DNA of 63,009 nucleotides, filler included, from Octopus bimaculoides (GCF_001194135.2; 6 parts of 5 records of this genome joined end to end with filler, not necessarily neighbours in it); one strand, 5' to 3'. Counted from the first letter of the whole stretch, positions 38,338 to 51,099 are shown. A program made the numbers and translations. The notes: generated by a model from the sequence alone, not told the origin.

Positions 38338-40957
38338 GGTGTCAGGTTTGTCATAACCAATATAATTTATCCACAAACAGAAAAATATATTTCCCCTTTC
38401 TTTGATTATAATAGAGTAAAGCCATCTTAACATGCATTCAACATTTTGTCTTCTGTGCAATCTTATAGTTTCTACAACTCCATAACACATGCACAAGCAA
38501 TTCATGCTTGAAATTTGACTACTGTGGGTGTTGGTATTTGTTGCCATTGTGTTAGGGACACGATAATCAACACTTCATATTTATCCTTATAAATTTGTAC
38601 AGAGTGTCTATATCAGATATTATATTAAAACTCTCGTGATGGTTGAACCTAATTAACGGAGAAAAACAACAAAAAACCCAAAGAACAAAATATGCAAAGT
38701 TCAAAAGTCGATATATAAGCATATATTTATTTTTTTACATGTCTGTTTAATTAGTACAGAAGTAAACATTTGTTCATATAATTACCAAACACCTTTTCCT
38801 CTGATCCCCTAATATCTTATATTTACTTAAGCCGAATGTTTTATTGACTATTTCGCAGTTAAAATTACTATTCATAACTGACCTCTAGTTCCACTTCAAA
38901 GTGTCAACTTTACTCAAATATCGCAGTCAATTTTCTCATTAGCACTTCTTGCTCGTTACTTTAGCCAACATAAAACGTAACCATAGAAGTTTCACATAAA
39001 TATTTCTGGTTTCTACTACGTAAATAACAAATTATGTAATAATTGGTCCTGAACTAATTTTGCTTTTTTTGCGTTTTTACTCACAATGCAATACATATAT
39101 ACGTATTCATATACATACATACATACATACATACATACTTACATACTTATGTACATACGTATGTATATGAATACATATGTATGTATGTATGTATGCTTGG
39201 ACTTCCTTTTGTTAGGTTTATGTTTCTAGGTTTCGGCATCTATTATTAGAAAGAATCGTGCTTTGGTCTACTGATCTGAGGATGTGAATGAATAGGAGTG
39301 GGAAATAGGATTTCATTGAGCTGCAAATTTATTTTGGGTAAATCAGAAGAAGAAGAGAAAAAAAATCTAGAAGTTTTTTTTAGAAAAAAATTTCTCAGTC
39401 ATTTTCTTCGAAGTAATTGGGGTACTGAAACTCAAAACAGCACGTAAACAGAAAAAAAAAAAAAAAAAAGAGTTTGGTACTTATGCAAAAAAGGCTGTGG
39501 AATAGGAGAATCGGGAGAACGCCGGGCCAATTATCGATTTAATTTTCATCGTTTTTGTGCGTTCTGGCTTTAAATTTCATCGGAGCCAACTCAATGTTTC
39601 ATCTCTCCAGAGTCGATAAAATAAATGCCATTCAGGAATTGGGCTCGATTACAATTGACTGTAATCCTACCCTACAAATGTTTAACTTTGTGTCTAGGTG
39701 AGAAATGAATTATACAGATGCAACGAGGCTTAGATTCGAAACCGTGTAGGTTTAGTAACTAGGAGTAGCCTAGATCAGATCGGGCGACTGCTCATAATAC
39801 TGACCAATCATCTTACAGCAATATCACTCCGTATTATCGAAAGTTCTAGGTGTTTCCGCGTAAAAAGGTGTTATAAAAGCGAAAGCGCGCCAGAATTAAC
39901 GCAGAGGTAAAGACGGTTTCAGAGATGATTGTGTTTAAAAGACTCTCTTCGTCTACAGTGTACTTCTCCAAGCACATACCACGAACCCAATATCTTCAGC
40001 TCTCGCCACACACAAATAAGTAGCTAGTCAGTTCTTAATCAGAGACACACGTAGGTGGCACAGACAAGCCCATAAGAAGACAGATTTCTTGGTCGCTGGT
40101 CGACCTTTGTTGAAAGAGATCTTCGACTATGAAGAAGAGTATTTTCCCGCCTCTCAAGCAAAGCCGTTCTTATCTATTTTTAATTAAACTATGAACTCCT
40201 TTTACTGCTGGCAAACGGTAATACAGCTCTGGCAACCATCTGTATAATTATATAAATATTGAGATGTGCACATGTACAAATAAATGTTTTATCAAAGACA
40301 GTTCGGAGTTGGTTTTAATATGGGACAACACTCGGCTTAAACGTCATATCAATTAATCAAGACCCATCTAGCCAGTCCGACGCAGTATTCATGTTTAGTT
40401 TAACGGTCAGTTTACGAAGCAAAATGTGATTCTTTACGAGTAGGTGAATAAGAGACAACTGTCTCGGCGATAAATACTGCACAGTACTGGCATCAGAGTA
40501 CAAATCAGCAACGCTTCAGTATAAAGTTCGACACGCTATCGATTCGGTGACGTGAAACTCTGAGAAAGGAAATATTCATTAAGGGTATAACTGACGATTC
40601 AATGCTTTTTTTGTTTTTCTTTTACATGGCCTGAGGAAATTGATAGGATCTTTGGGGTTTGACGGGCAACATTTTTTTTGTAGTGTTTTTGGTACCGAAA
40701 CACTTTCAAACTTCGAATATTTGTATATTTTGTGGTATAGAACAGATAAAAAATTTTGTATTCGAAGTTATTTTATGTAAAAAATTGTCGTATTTCGGTA
40801 ATTTCAACCAATCACTGACGTCTATTGAGGTGAAAACAATTAATGCCGTAACGGTGTCATGGGATCTTTTCCCTTGAATAAAATTAGTCCTGTTGTTTGT
40901 CAACGACAACTACCCGTGTTACTCTTATTTATGACATCGTTCGTGCGTTTGTACTGG

Positions 40958-41015
40958 TTTTAGCTTTAGGGTTTTAGGGTTAGGGTTCGGGTTAGTTTTA
41001 GGATTACGGTTAGGG
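40958..41015 (+). repeat. Short degenerate TTAGGG-like interstitial array
   Basis: ttttagctttagggttttagggttagggttcgggttagttttaggattacggttagggtt. Confidence 0.7.
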
Positions 41016-41305
41016 TTATGATTATTTTTGCNNNNNNNNNNNNNNNNNNNNNNNNNNNNNNNNNNNNNNNNNNNNTTAATTAATTAANNNNNNNNNNNNN
41101 NNNNNNNNNNNNNNNNNNNNNNNNNNNNNNNATATATAAACACATATACACGCATATATAGAATATACATACATACGAGTGAGTGGACAAACGAAAGAAA
41201 AGGGCACTCAACGCATTTGGTAGGAATTACATGTTTGATTAGGTTCCGTGCTCCAGCATGGCCGCAGTCAAATGACTGAAACAAGTAAAAGAGTAAAAGA
41301 GAGAG

Positions 41306-41374
<69 letters not shown>

Positions 41375-42062
41375 ATATGTAGGGTTGAAAAATTAGAGAA
41401 ATTTTCTACCAGTAGCCTGCATGCATAAAATAGTCAATAGACAACATATTTATCATATAAAATTAATTTACATTTATACACAAAAGAGGTGACCCTAACA
41501 GGACACTTTACATGCTAAAAGGTGCAGTCAAAGCCCAAACCACAGTTAAGAGTAATTTCGAAAAGGATGAAAGATAAAAGCATTTTCAATAGTTACCACT
41601 TGTACCTTGGTTTCAAACATCAATGAACAAATAAAATAATTTGTTGTCTGTGTTCTCATCAACAAGGGTGCTACAATTAACGTATGATTATGGGACAAAT
41701 AGACAGCACATGTCTCATCTTTATACATTATAATTTCTCAAATCTACCGCGCAAGTGCAGTTATTGTCGGCAGCAAATAAAAATATACGTGCCGACTATC
41801 TTCAAAATTACGAATATCATATTAAGAAAAATATATATAGGGTAGAAAAATTAGTAATATCTTTCTATGTATAGGCATAAATGTATTTGTTTTCCCAAAT
41901 AAATTGTACTTCGTGATTGAGGCTCCGATGAAGGTATAATGTGTCACTAAGGCACTCAAATATGAGTCCACTGCATCATAGAGCAGAGACACATATATAT
42001 ATAATAAAATGCGATGACAAAGGAATAAACAATTATCTTATGGGTTTCGTTAGCTTACACTA

Positions 42063-42107
<45 letters not shown>

Positions 42108-42318
42108 TCTATGTATATATTAATCTATGTATATATTAATCTATGTATATATTAATCTATGTATATATTAATACTATTTTGGTTGAAAAACTTCGATAAT
42201 GCAAATATGTTAATAGTTACCAGAGTAGCAAAAATCACACAAAAACTGGGGTATTATACCCGGTTAATGGGTAGAAATTCCATGTTAAAGTGATGTATCT
42301 TGAGTTGATATAAAGAAT

Positions 42319-42617
42319 AATAATAAATGGAGCAAAACGCATATAATCAATCTGTTCCTTTAATTCCTACATATGTTTCAAAATTTATATGCACTCTACT
42401 CCAGAGAAGTAAGAGATGCTGGTATATACACATAATTTCAGCGCAAGTATATACACATAAATTCAGCGCAAGTCTTGCATATGGTCCCCTGACGATGAAA
42501 TTATGCGTATATACCAGCATCTCTTACTTCTTTGGAGTAGAGTGCATATAATTTTTGAAACATATGTAGGAATTAAAGGAACTTATTGATTATATGCGTT
42601 TTGCTCCATTTATTATT
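42319..42617. mobile_element. Foldback/MITE-like element with ~125-bp near-perfect inverted arms
   Basis: 42319-42443 versus the reverse complement of 42493-42617 differ at only a few positions; the spacer has a tandem duplicate of gtatatacacataa(t/a)ttcagcgcaa. Confidence 0.9.
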
Positions 42618-43944
42618 CTATACCCACATATACATGTATAAGCATGTTGGTGCGCTTGTGTGAGTAGGTGCATATATATCCGCAGATGCATAGCAGTTGT
42701 TAGATAAACGCTTGGTATGTGATGTGTCTCTGTCCATTTGTTAAAACTTACCCGTTGATTCAATAGTTACCATCCGCTTGCCCAGTCGAATGATGCCTTT
42801 TGTATGAAAATATGCACAGCTGTAAGAATAAACATTATAATAATTAATTGATATTTTATCAATACTTTTACACTTTTGTTATTATTATTACAATTTCTTA
42901 GTACTTTCATTATTATTCACTGTACTAACAGGCGCGACCTTCTGTACCTGGTGTATACGGGGAGTTTTGTATTCGTTTTGTGTTTTATTCAGTATTGAAA
43001 GAAATCTACGTAGTATGTGGTCAATGCCTGTTTCTGATATTTACATCTGATGCTTTTATTTGTAAGCCTGTTTATATATTTGTCTGCATGTTTTTAATCG
43101 TTTGTATGGCATCAGTTGTTTTAAGGTCTGTTTCGATTTTTCACACTCTATATTCAGGTTGCCTCTATTTCTATATGCATGAGTATATGTATACATGTAT
43201 CTACCAGAAACACACTCGTACACAAATACATAATCGGCATTATACATATAATTTTTTCCTCAAAGAAATAAAAATGTATCATTAGAGCGACGTTCATAGA
43301 AAAACAAGTAGGCAGAACAAAATAGAGAATGACACAGACTGCGAGAGATACTAGCAGAGATAGAAATACTACAAATGAAGGGGAGAAAAACGGGTTAGGA
43401 ATTATTATAACATTGTCTTGATATTTTTTACACGTATATGAAGACTTATATTCAATTTTCTTGTCCCCGTTTAGTTATTCGTAAATTCATTTTCATGGTC
43501 AGAAAAATCAATCCATAATTCACTCAAATCTATTTTATATTTTGTTGCTATAAATATTCAGTTTTCTTTAATGCGAATTCAATATTGAATATCATTTTGT
43601 CTTATAGACAAGTGTTTTAAATATTTCGTATAATCATTAGCACTCCGTGAACTTCAATTAATCTTCCAGCAAATCTCTTTTAAAACAATTCTTCTATAAT
43701 TTCACATACATTATTGTCCGTCGGAATTGAAGCTTTTAAGGGGTACTTTTTAACCTGCTTGACTTTGACCACAATATCCTGTCAGTTTGCGACATTTTTT
43801 TTTTATCTCTCCTGAGATGTATAGCCTAAAACATAGTCAACTTTTCTATTGTATGCTAATACCAGTTCATTTTTTTTTGTCGTATTACTATTATTATTAT
43901 TATAATCATCATCATCATCATTGTTATTATTAAAGCAGCGAGCA

Positions 43945-44280
43945 GGGAGAGATCTAATCGACTGTCTACCCTCCCACAAAATTTCGGGTCTTGTGCCTAG
44001 AGTAGAAAAGATTAATATTATTATTATAATCATCATCATTATTATTATTAAGGCGATGAGGTGGTAGAATCGTTAGCACGCCGAGCCAAACGCTTGGCAG
44101 TATTTCGTCTGTCTTTATGTTTTGAGTTCAAATTCCGCCGAAGTCGACTTTGCTTTTCATCCTTTTGGGGTCGATAAATTAAGTACCAGTGAAACACTTG
44201 GCTTGATGCAATTGACAATCCCCCACCCCACAAAATTCAGGCCTTGTGCCTATAGTAGAAAGGATTATTATTATTATTAT
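43945..44280 (+). mobile_element. Meta-type SINE tail fragment (43945-44020) followed by a full copy (about 44050-44280) ending in (ATT)n
   Basis: aaggcgatgaggtggtagaatcgttagcacg...ttgagttcaaattccgccgaagtcgactttgc...gtgcctatagtagaaaggattattatt. Confidence 0.9.
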
Positions 44281-44281
44281 T

Positions 44282-44577
44282 GTTCAGTAGTTTTATTCTT
44301 ATAACGTGCTTTCACTTCACTACCGAGCGCAGTTCTGTGTGCCTTGGGTATGTGCTGTGGTTTGCTGTGGTGCTCTTATGTTTACTGTATTGAAAGTGTT
44401 TTGCGTAGAATGTGTGCAGTACCCAGTAGTGCAATTTTCTGTATGTTATATATATTTGTAAGTCCTGGTGTTTTTGTTATGTATTTGTCTGAATATTTTT
44501 TTATTATACCTAAGGCACCTACTATGATAGGAATTGTTTCTGTTTTTAGATTCCACATTCGAGTTATCTCTATTTCC
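44282..44577 (-). mobile_element. 3' end of a Dong/R4-like LINE (open frame 44576-44382) abutting (TAA)n
   Basis: EIEITRMWNLKTETIPIIVGALGIIKKYSDKYITKTPGLTNIYNIQKIALLGTAHILRKTLSIQ* with no internal stop; the 3' UTR ends aataaaactactgaac(aat)n; the upstream part lies in the N gap. Confidence 0.92.
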
Positions 44578-45343
44578 NNNNNNNNNNNNNNNNNNNNNNN
44601 NNNNNNNNNNNNNNNNNNNNNNNNNNNNNNNNNNNNNNNNNNNNNNNNNNNNNNNNNNNNNNNNNNNNNNNNNNNNNNNNNNNNNNNNNNNNNNNNNNNN
44701 NNNNNNNNNNNNNNNNNNNNNNNNNNNNNNNNNNNNNNNNNNNNNNNNNNNNNNNNNNNNNNNNNNNNNNNNNNNNNNNNNNNNNNNNNNNNNNNNNNNN
44801 NNNNNNNNNNNNNNNNNNNNNNNNNNNNNNNNNNNNNNNNNNNNNNNNNNNNNNNNNNNNNNNNNNNNNNNNNNNNNNNNNNNNNNNNNNNNNNNNNNNN
44901 NNNNNNNNNNNNNNNNNNNNNNNNNNNNNNNNNNNNNNNNNNNNNNNNNNNNNNNNNNNNNNNNNNNNNNNNNNNNNNNNNNNNNNNNNNNNNNNNNNNN
45001 NNNNNNNNNNNNNNNNNNNNNNNNNNNNNNNNNNNNNNNNNNNNNNNNNNNNNNNNNNNNNNNNNNNNNNNNNNNNNNNNNNNNNNNNNNNNNNNNNNNN
45101 NNNNNNNNNNNNNNNNNNNNNNNNNNNNNNNNNNNNNNNNNNNNNNNNNNNNNNNNNNNNNNNNNNNNNNNNNNNNNNNNNNNNNNNNNNNNNNNNNNNN
45201 NNNNNNNNNNNNNNNNNNNNNNNNNNNNNNNNNNNNNNNNNNNNNNNNNNNNNNNNNNNNNNNNNNNNNNNNNNNNNNNNNNNNNNNNNNNNNNNNNNNN
45301 NNNNNNNNNNNNNNNNNNNNNNNNNNNNNNNNNNNNNNNNNNN

Positions 45344-45412
<69 letters not shown>

Positions 45413-45806
45413 GGTGCTGGTGCTGGTATGATGATGTTCTTCGTGTAAACTTACTTGGATTTTATCTTGAGTTTAGTGATGATGAGGTTTTTCGGAAACA
45501 AAAAGAGGAAACGTAGCTTCCGCTTGTTTTTGTCCATTTGAACTGCATAACCGGACTTGATAAGATGTAGTCTCTTCGGAGTGGATAACAGAAAAAAATA
45601 AACAACCCGCACAAATAAGAGTTATTATTATTATTAATATTAATATCATTATTATTGATATCGACATTATTATTATCTATCATTATAAACAGCCAACATA
45701 ATACCGCAAGTCGTTACGTATAAGTACACATACAAACACACACATACATATACTTAAACACACTTACAAATATACATGTGTGTGCGTGTGTATACAATAC
45801 ATATGG

Positions 45807-45841
<35 letters not shown>

Positions 45842-46009
45842 AGTGGGTGAACAAACGAAGTAAGGGTATTCAATACATTCAAATTCAAAATGGCTGAAGA
45901 TTAGCATCGTGCTTAAAACTCGGAGTACGAACGAATTTGAGTCAAATTGTTTTGATCCATTTAGTAAGACAGATAGATAGATAAATAGATAGATAGATAG
46001 ATATTGATT

Positions 46010-46222
46010 CCGACTTTTGTCAAAAGATGAGCAATTTCGCAGGAGGGAGAACTCGGTTACATCGACCCCCAGTGCTCAACTGGTACCTACTTATTTTATC
46101 TATTCTGGAAGGGATGAAAGGCAAAGTTGACCTCCGCGGAATTTGAACTCAAAATGTAAAGACAGACGAAATGCCGCTAAACATTTCACCGGCCTGCTAA
46201 CGATTCCGCCAACTCACCACCT
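46010..46222 (-). mobile_element. Meta-type tRNA-SINE
   Basis: catcgacccccagtgctcaactggtacc...ggatgaaaggcaaagttgacctccgcggaatttgaactcaaaatg...ctaacgattccgccaactcacc. Confidence 0.88.
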
Positions 46223-46501
46223 TGTATACATATTGAATATATTCTTGTTAACTCCAAATTTTTTCAGATATATATATACATATCAATTAAATAATGAGAG
46301 TATAAATTGATATTAATCAATTAAAACCAGTGGCTTAGCATATTTAAAAAATCCAAAGATTAAAAATTATATTATTTACAATATTAAGAGAATGACCTCC
46401 AAGGTGGACTCCTAATATGCTAAAGATAGACGTCAAATCGCCTTACCACGAAGAGTGTGTTCTCAAGAAAATAATTCAGCAAAATGCCAGAATGTAAAAA
46501 T

Positions 46502-47318
46502 GAGAGACAGATAGAAAACGGTGAAGGGAAGAAAAAGTGAATTAGAGAAGGATGGGGGAAGAAACAGTATAGAGTAGAGTCGCATCAAAAAGGTTAAGAT
46601 AAACTTACTTGGAAATGGATGCGTAGCGTTCAATTAAATAATGATATAAATAATATATATATATATGTATATATATATATGCATATATAAGTACAGAACT
46701 TCACAAACTGTGTAAACAACATGAAGTACGAAACCAAACGAGTTAAATACGCAAACAAGACAGGTAACACAGAGAACGACCCTTCGTCAGTTGTCGGCTG
46801 TTTGTCTACTCCTAATTTCGAGCATTCCACGACAATATGAGTCTACAAAGACAGTTACTCCCATAAATTCTGAAATAAAATTTTGAATTTATGGATGGTC
46901 AAAGTTGGGAACAAAAACAGGACAAGGAAACCGAACGAAAACAAACATGGGGGGGGTGTTAGACCAGAACGAGAGCAAATTAATGAACGCTGGAAGAAAT
47001 ATTTTCTTTTAAAAAAGAAAAGATAGAAGAGAGGAAAAGAAAAGGTCCAGTCCTTAGAACGTCGTGCAGGAAAAGAAAGATGGTCCTGTGAGGAAAAGAA
47101 AGATGTACGATGGTCACATGTGAGCAACGACAGAGTGAAAAAAAGAGAAAAAGGGGGAGAGAGACAGACAGATAGAAAATATTGAAGGGGAGAAAAGGGG
47201 AACTAGAGAAGGATGGGGGAGAAAAACAGTATAGAGTTGCATCAAAAGGTTAAAATAAACTTACTTGAAAATGGGTGCGGGGCTTTCAATTAAATAATAA
47301 TATAAATAATATATATAT
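46502..47318. repeat. Pair of diverged ~160-bp direct repeats (46502-46660, 47161-47318) enclosing ~500 bp
   Basis: Both read gagacagatagaaaa...tagagaaggatggggga...gcatcaaaa(a)ggttaa.ataaacttacttg.aaatgg.tgcg...ttcaattaaataat.atataaataat. Confidence 0.8.
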
Positions 47319-47370
47319 CCATATGCATACATATGTATACACACACATAAATATATATGTATATATTTTA

Positions 47371-47417
<47 letters not shown>

Positions 47418-47420
<3 letters not shown>

Positions 47421-47540
47421 TTGACTTTGCCTTTCATCCTTTCGAGGTCGATAAAATAAGTACCAGTTAAATACTGGGTTCGATGTAATCGACTTACCCC
47501 TCCCCGAAATTACTGGCCTTGTACCAAAATTTGAAACCTA
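47418..47540 (+). mobile_element. 5'-truncated Meta-type SINE between (TA)n and (GATA)n
   Basis: ggttgactttgcctttcatcctttcgaggtcgataaaataagtaccag...tgtaccaaaatttgaaacc. Confidence 0.88.
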
Positions 47541-47551
47541 TCTATCTAGAT

Positions 47552-47590
<39 letters not shown>

Positions 47591-47914
47591 TTTTAAAATA
47601 TCACAGAGAAAGGTGTCAGTTAATTCATCAGTTTACAAGTTATTTCCACTAAAAGAATTAATCATTACTAAGTAATGATTAATGCATTGTACTCCCCAAG
47701 TATTTCAGAATGTGTGTGTGTGTGTTCATATACATACATACACACGGATACAGAGTATACAGATGCATACACACAGATATAAAGTGTACACGCTTACTCT
47801 ACTACAATAAACAATCGCAGCTTTATAAATTTTATTAGCGTTTCATAAACTGAATTCAACGCTGTTTCAGTTGGTAACATTGAAACAGCGGTAACTGTTT
47901 CAATTGGTAACGGA

Positions 47915-48170
47915 ACAGGCAGTTCGTGAAATTAACGTGCAAGTTGCTGAGCACTCTACAAACACGGGAGCCGTCAACGCAGTTCTCGGGGACATTTAGC
48001 GTAACACAGAACATGACAAGGCTGGCCCTTTGAATTACTAGTACAACTCATTTTTGCCAGCTGAAAGGACTGGAGCAACGTGAAATAAAATGTCTCGTTC
48101 AAAGACACAGCGCTCTGCCGGGAATTGAACTCACAACCTTACGACTGGGAAGCCTCGCGCCTTCACTGCA
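47915..48170 (-). mobile_element. Family B SINE, 3'-truncated
   Basis: ggaacaggcagttcgtgaaattaacgtgcaag...ggagcaacgtgaaataaaatgtctc...ggaattgaactcac. Confidence 0.8.
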
Positions 48171-48484
48171 CCCGCCTATCCTAAAGTTCGTATTGCAATA
48201 TATCTTCAGTTTGCACTGGCTACACTCAGGAACCAAAGCAAAACATGAAATTAACACTAAATATGAATGTTCCTGGCTATGCGATGAACACAGTTTCTTG
48301 CAGCAACAAGCATTAAAACTCCGTGTATTTTCTATTATATATACACTCATCCACAAACGCGAGACGCACCTATAGGTGTTGTCAAAGTGTCTCGATAAGT
48401 GATTTTATGTATGATAGATAATAAATTTATCCCACCAAACTGACGACACTATTTTTTCCCCTTTTAGTCTAGTGAAATTTTGTT

Positions 48485-48980
48485 GTTGGCACTCCGTCGC
48501 TTATGACGTCGAGAGTTCCAGTTGATCCGATCAACGGAACAGCCTTCTCGTGAAATTAACGTGCAAGTGGCTGAGCACTCCACAGACACGTGTAGCCTTA
48601 ACGTAGTTCTCGGGGATATTCAGCGTGACACAGTCTGACAAGGCTCACCCTTTGAATTACAGGCACAACAGAAATAGGAAGTAAGAGTGAGAGAAAATTA
48701 TGGTGAAAGAGTACAGCAGGGTTCGCCACCAGCNNNNNNNNNNCTCGGGGATATTCAGCGTGACACAGTCTGACAAGGCTCACCCTTTGAATTACAGGCA
48801 CAACAGAAATAGGAAGTAAGAGTGAGAGAAAATTATGGTGAAAGAGTACAGCAGGGTTCGCCACCAGCCCCTGCCGAAGCCTCGTGGAGATTTAGGTGTT
48901 TTCGCTCAATAAACACTCACAACGCCCGGTCTGGGAATCGAAACCGCGATCCTATGACCGCGAGTCCGCTGCCCTAACCA
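48485..48980 (-). mobile_element. tRNA-derived SINE (family E: own head and middle, family B 3' tail); contains an assembly-duplicated 125-bp segment
   Basis: Minus strand gtggaggcgcaatggcccagtggttagggcagcggactcgcggtcataggatcgcggtttcgattccc; homologous to 54078-54463. Confidence 0.9.
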
Positions 48981-49775
48981 CTGGGCCATTGCGCCTCCAC
49001 TTTAGTCAAATATTGCCAAATAAAAACAATTCATAGAATTAGTAACATTATGAATTAGCTCCAAACAGTCTGCTGTTATACTGAGTTGCACACCAGCAAT
49101 AAGGAGTTCAGAGGAACTGCAACTGTTGTGCTCTGAGTGAGTCGACCTTGACTGCCTCAGATGTGGCGACTCCCGAGTTTGTAGCCGTACAGAAATAGCC
49201 AGGGCTGTAGAAAGTGAACAAAATGTCTGCACCCTTATTGTGTACCCAACGATTCATCAATGCCTGTTTGAATGTCCGTTATTTGGGGGGGGGGCGTTCA
49301 GAAATAGGCTGTAGAATAAAGGAAGTATTATAATGTCAAGAAAGACAGTGACACATATGATTTATCACTGCATGATGGAGTGCACAGTATGGTCCTCAGT
49401 AAGGATGAGATATGACGCAAGTAGGAAGCTGGTTCTAGGGGATCACACAATATCGATCGGCCCCAGTTCTGTGCGTACTACAGGACTGCTTGATCTGAGC
49501 TGATATGGAGCTACACAAAGCAACAACAACAACTACTACTGATATCATTGATATCACTACCTCTATTACCACCACCACTACTACTATTCCAACTGCTACT
49601 AATACTATTCCACTATTACTATTCGCACCACAAACAACAGCACTACTGCAACTTTACTACTACTGCTACTTTAGTGCTACTACTACTTCGCAAAAACGGA
49701 TTTCTACATAGTTTACCTGCTAAAAATGTAGCGTATTTCGTTCAACTCAAACCACCAATAAAAGACTTGTTATAT

Positions 49776-50206
49776 AATCTTTTCTACTCTAGGCACAAGG
49801 CCCGAAATTTGGGGGGGGGGAGAAGACGATTAGATTGACTCCAGTACACAACTGGTACTTAATTTATCGACCCCGAAAGGATGAAAGCAAAGTCGACCTC
49901 GGCGGAATTTGATCTCTGAACGTAGAGACAGACGGAGTACCGCTAAGCATTTCGCCCGGCGGGCTAACGTTTCTTATTTCTTTATTGCCCACAAGGGGCT
50001 AAACATAGAAGGGACAAACAAGGACAAACAAAGAGATTAAGTCGATTACATCGACCCCAGTGCGTAATTGGTACTTAATTTATCGACCCCGAAAGGATGA
50101 AAGGCAAAGTCGACCTCGGCGGAATTTGAACTCAGAACGTAATGGCAGACGAAATACTGCTAATCATTTCGCCCGGCGTGCTAACGTTTCTGCCAGTTCG
50201 CCACCT
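49776..50206 (-). mobile_element. Joined Meta-type SINE pair: subfamily A (49971-50206) plus head-truncated copy (49776-49973)
   Basis: Plus-strand junction gctaacgt|ttcttatttctttattgcccacaagggg, same junction as at 7881 and 12921. Confidence 0.92.
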
Positions 50207-50319
50207 TAAAAGATTGGTTATATAATAATATTTTAGATACTTCAACTTGGTTAAACTGCGCAGAATGGGAACTTATTTGATTATAGGTCTGTTTGATCGT
50301 ACTGATCTACCACTAAATA

Positions 50320-50639
50320 ACAAGGAGCACTCCGTCGGTTACGACGACGAGGGTCCCAGCTGATACGATCAACGGAACAGCCTGCTCGTGAAATTAACGT
50401 GCAAGTGACTGAGCAATCCACAGACACGTGTACCCCTAACGTAGTTCTCAGGGAGACTCAGCGTGACACATAACATGACAAGGCCGGCCCTTTGAAATAC
50501 AGATACTACTCATTTTTGCTAGCTGAATGGACTGGAGCAACGTGAAATAAAGTGTCTTGTTTAAGGAAACAACGCGTCGCCGGGAATCGAACTCACGATC
50601 GAGAGCCGAATACCCTAACCACTAAGCCACGCGCCTTCA
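50320..50639 (-). mobile_element. Full-length family B SINE with 9-bp TSD CACTAAATA
   Basis: TSD at 50311-50319 and 50640-50648; head gaaggcgcgtggcttagtggttaggg, tail cgtaaccgacggagtgctcc. Confidence 0.9.
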
Positions 50640-51099
50640 CACTAAATAGCAACAGCAACCACTAAATAACAACAGCAACATCAGTAAGAACAACAATTTT
50701 CTCCATACGACATATACAAATCTCTTTAACGCACTATCGAAAAACGTTTTACTTACATTGATTTGCGGGGGTACAAAACACGAGTGTTTTCTCATATTTA
50801 TGCGAGTTTCTTTCAAAATAAAATAGTCCGTGTGATCACGTGACGTGTACTTGCATAATTCCTGCAAGTAAAATGGTTACGATCCTATTTGAATGTTCGT
50901 ATTATATCGTTCTATGTACATGTCTTTCATCATTTCACAATCCCTAAGGCAACTAAGAGACAGAATCGCTAGAGTATCGGACAAAAATGCAGTATTCGTA
51001 CACTTTCTTTGCATTCTAATTTCAAATCAACCGAGATCTAACCCCATCCTCTCAAAATTACTAGACTTGTACCAAAATTTGGAAGCGATAATTTAAAAG

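Noticed and set aside
46760-46800. Hammerhead at minus-strand CTGACGA
   Set aside because: A stem II-like pairing exists but no GAAA follows.
48609-48868. Perfect 125-bp direct repeat
   Set aside because: Identical copies on either side of a 10-N gap within one SINE: an unmerged contig overlap.
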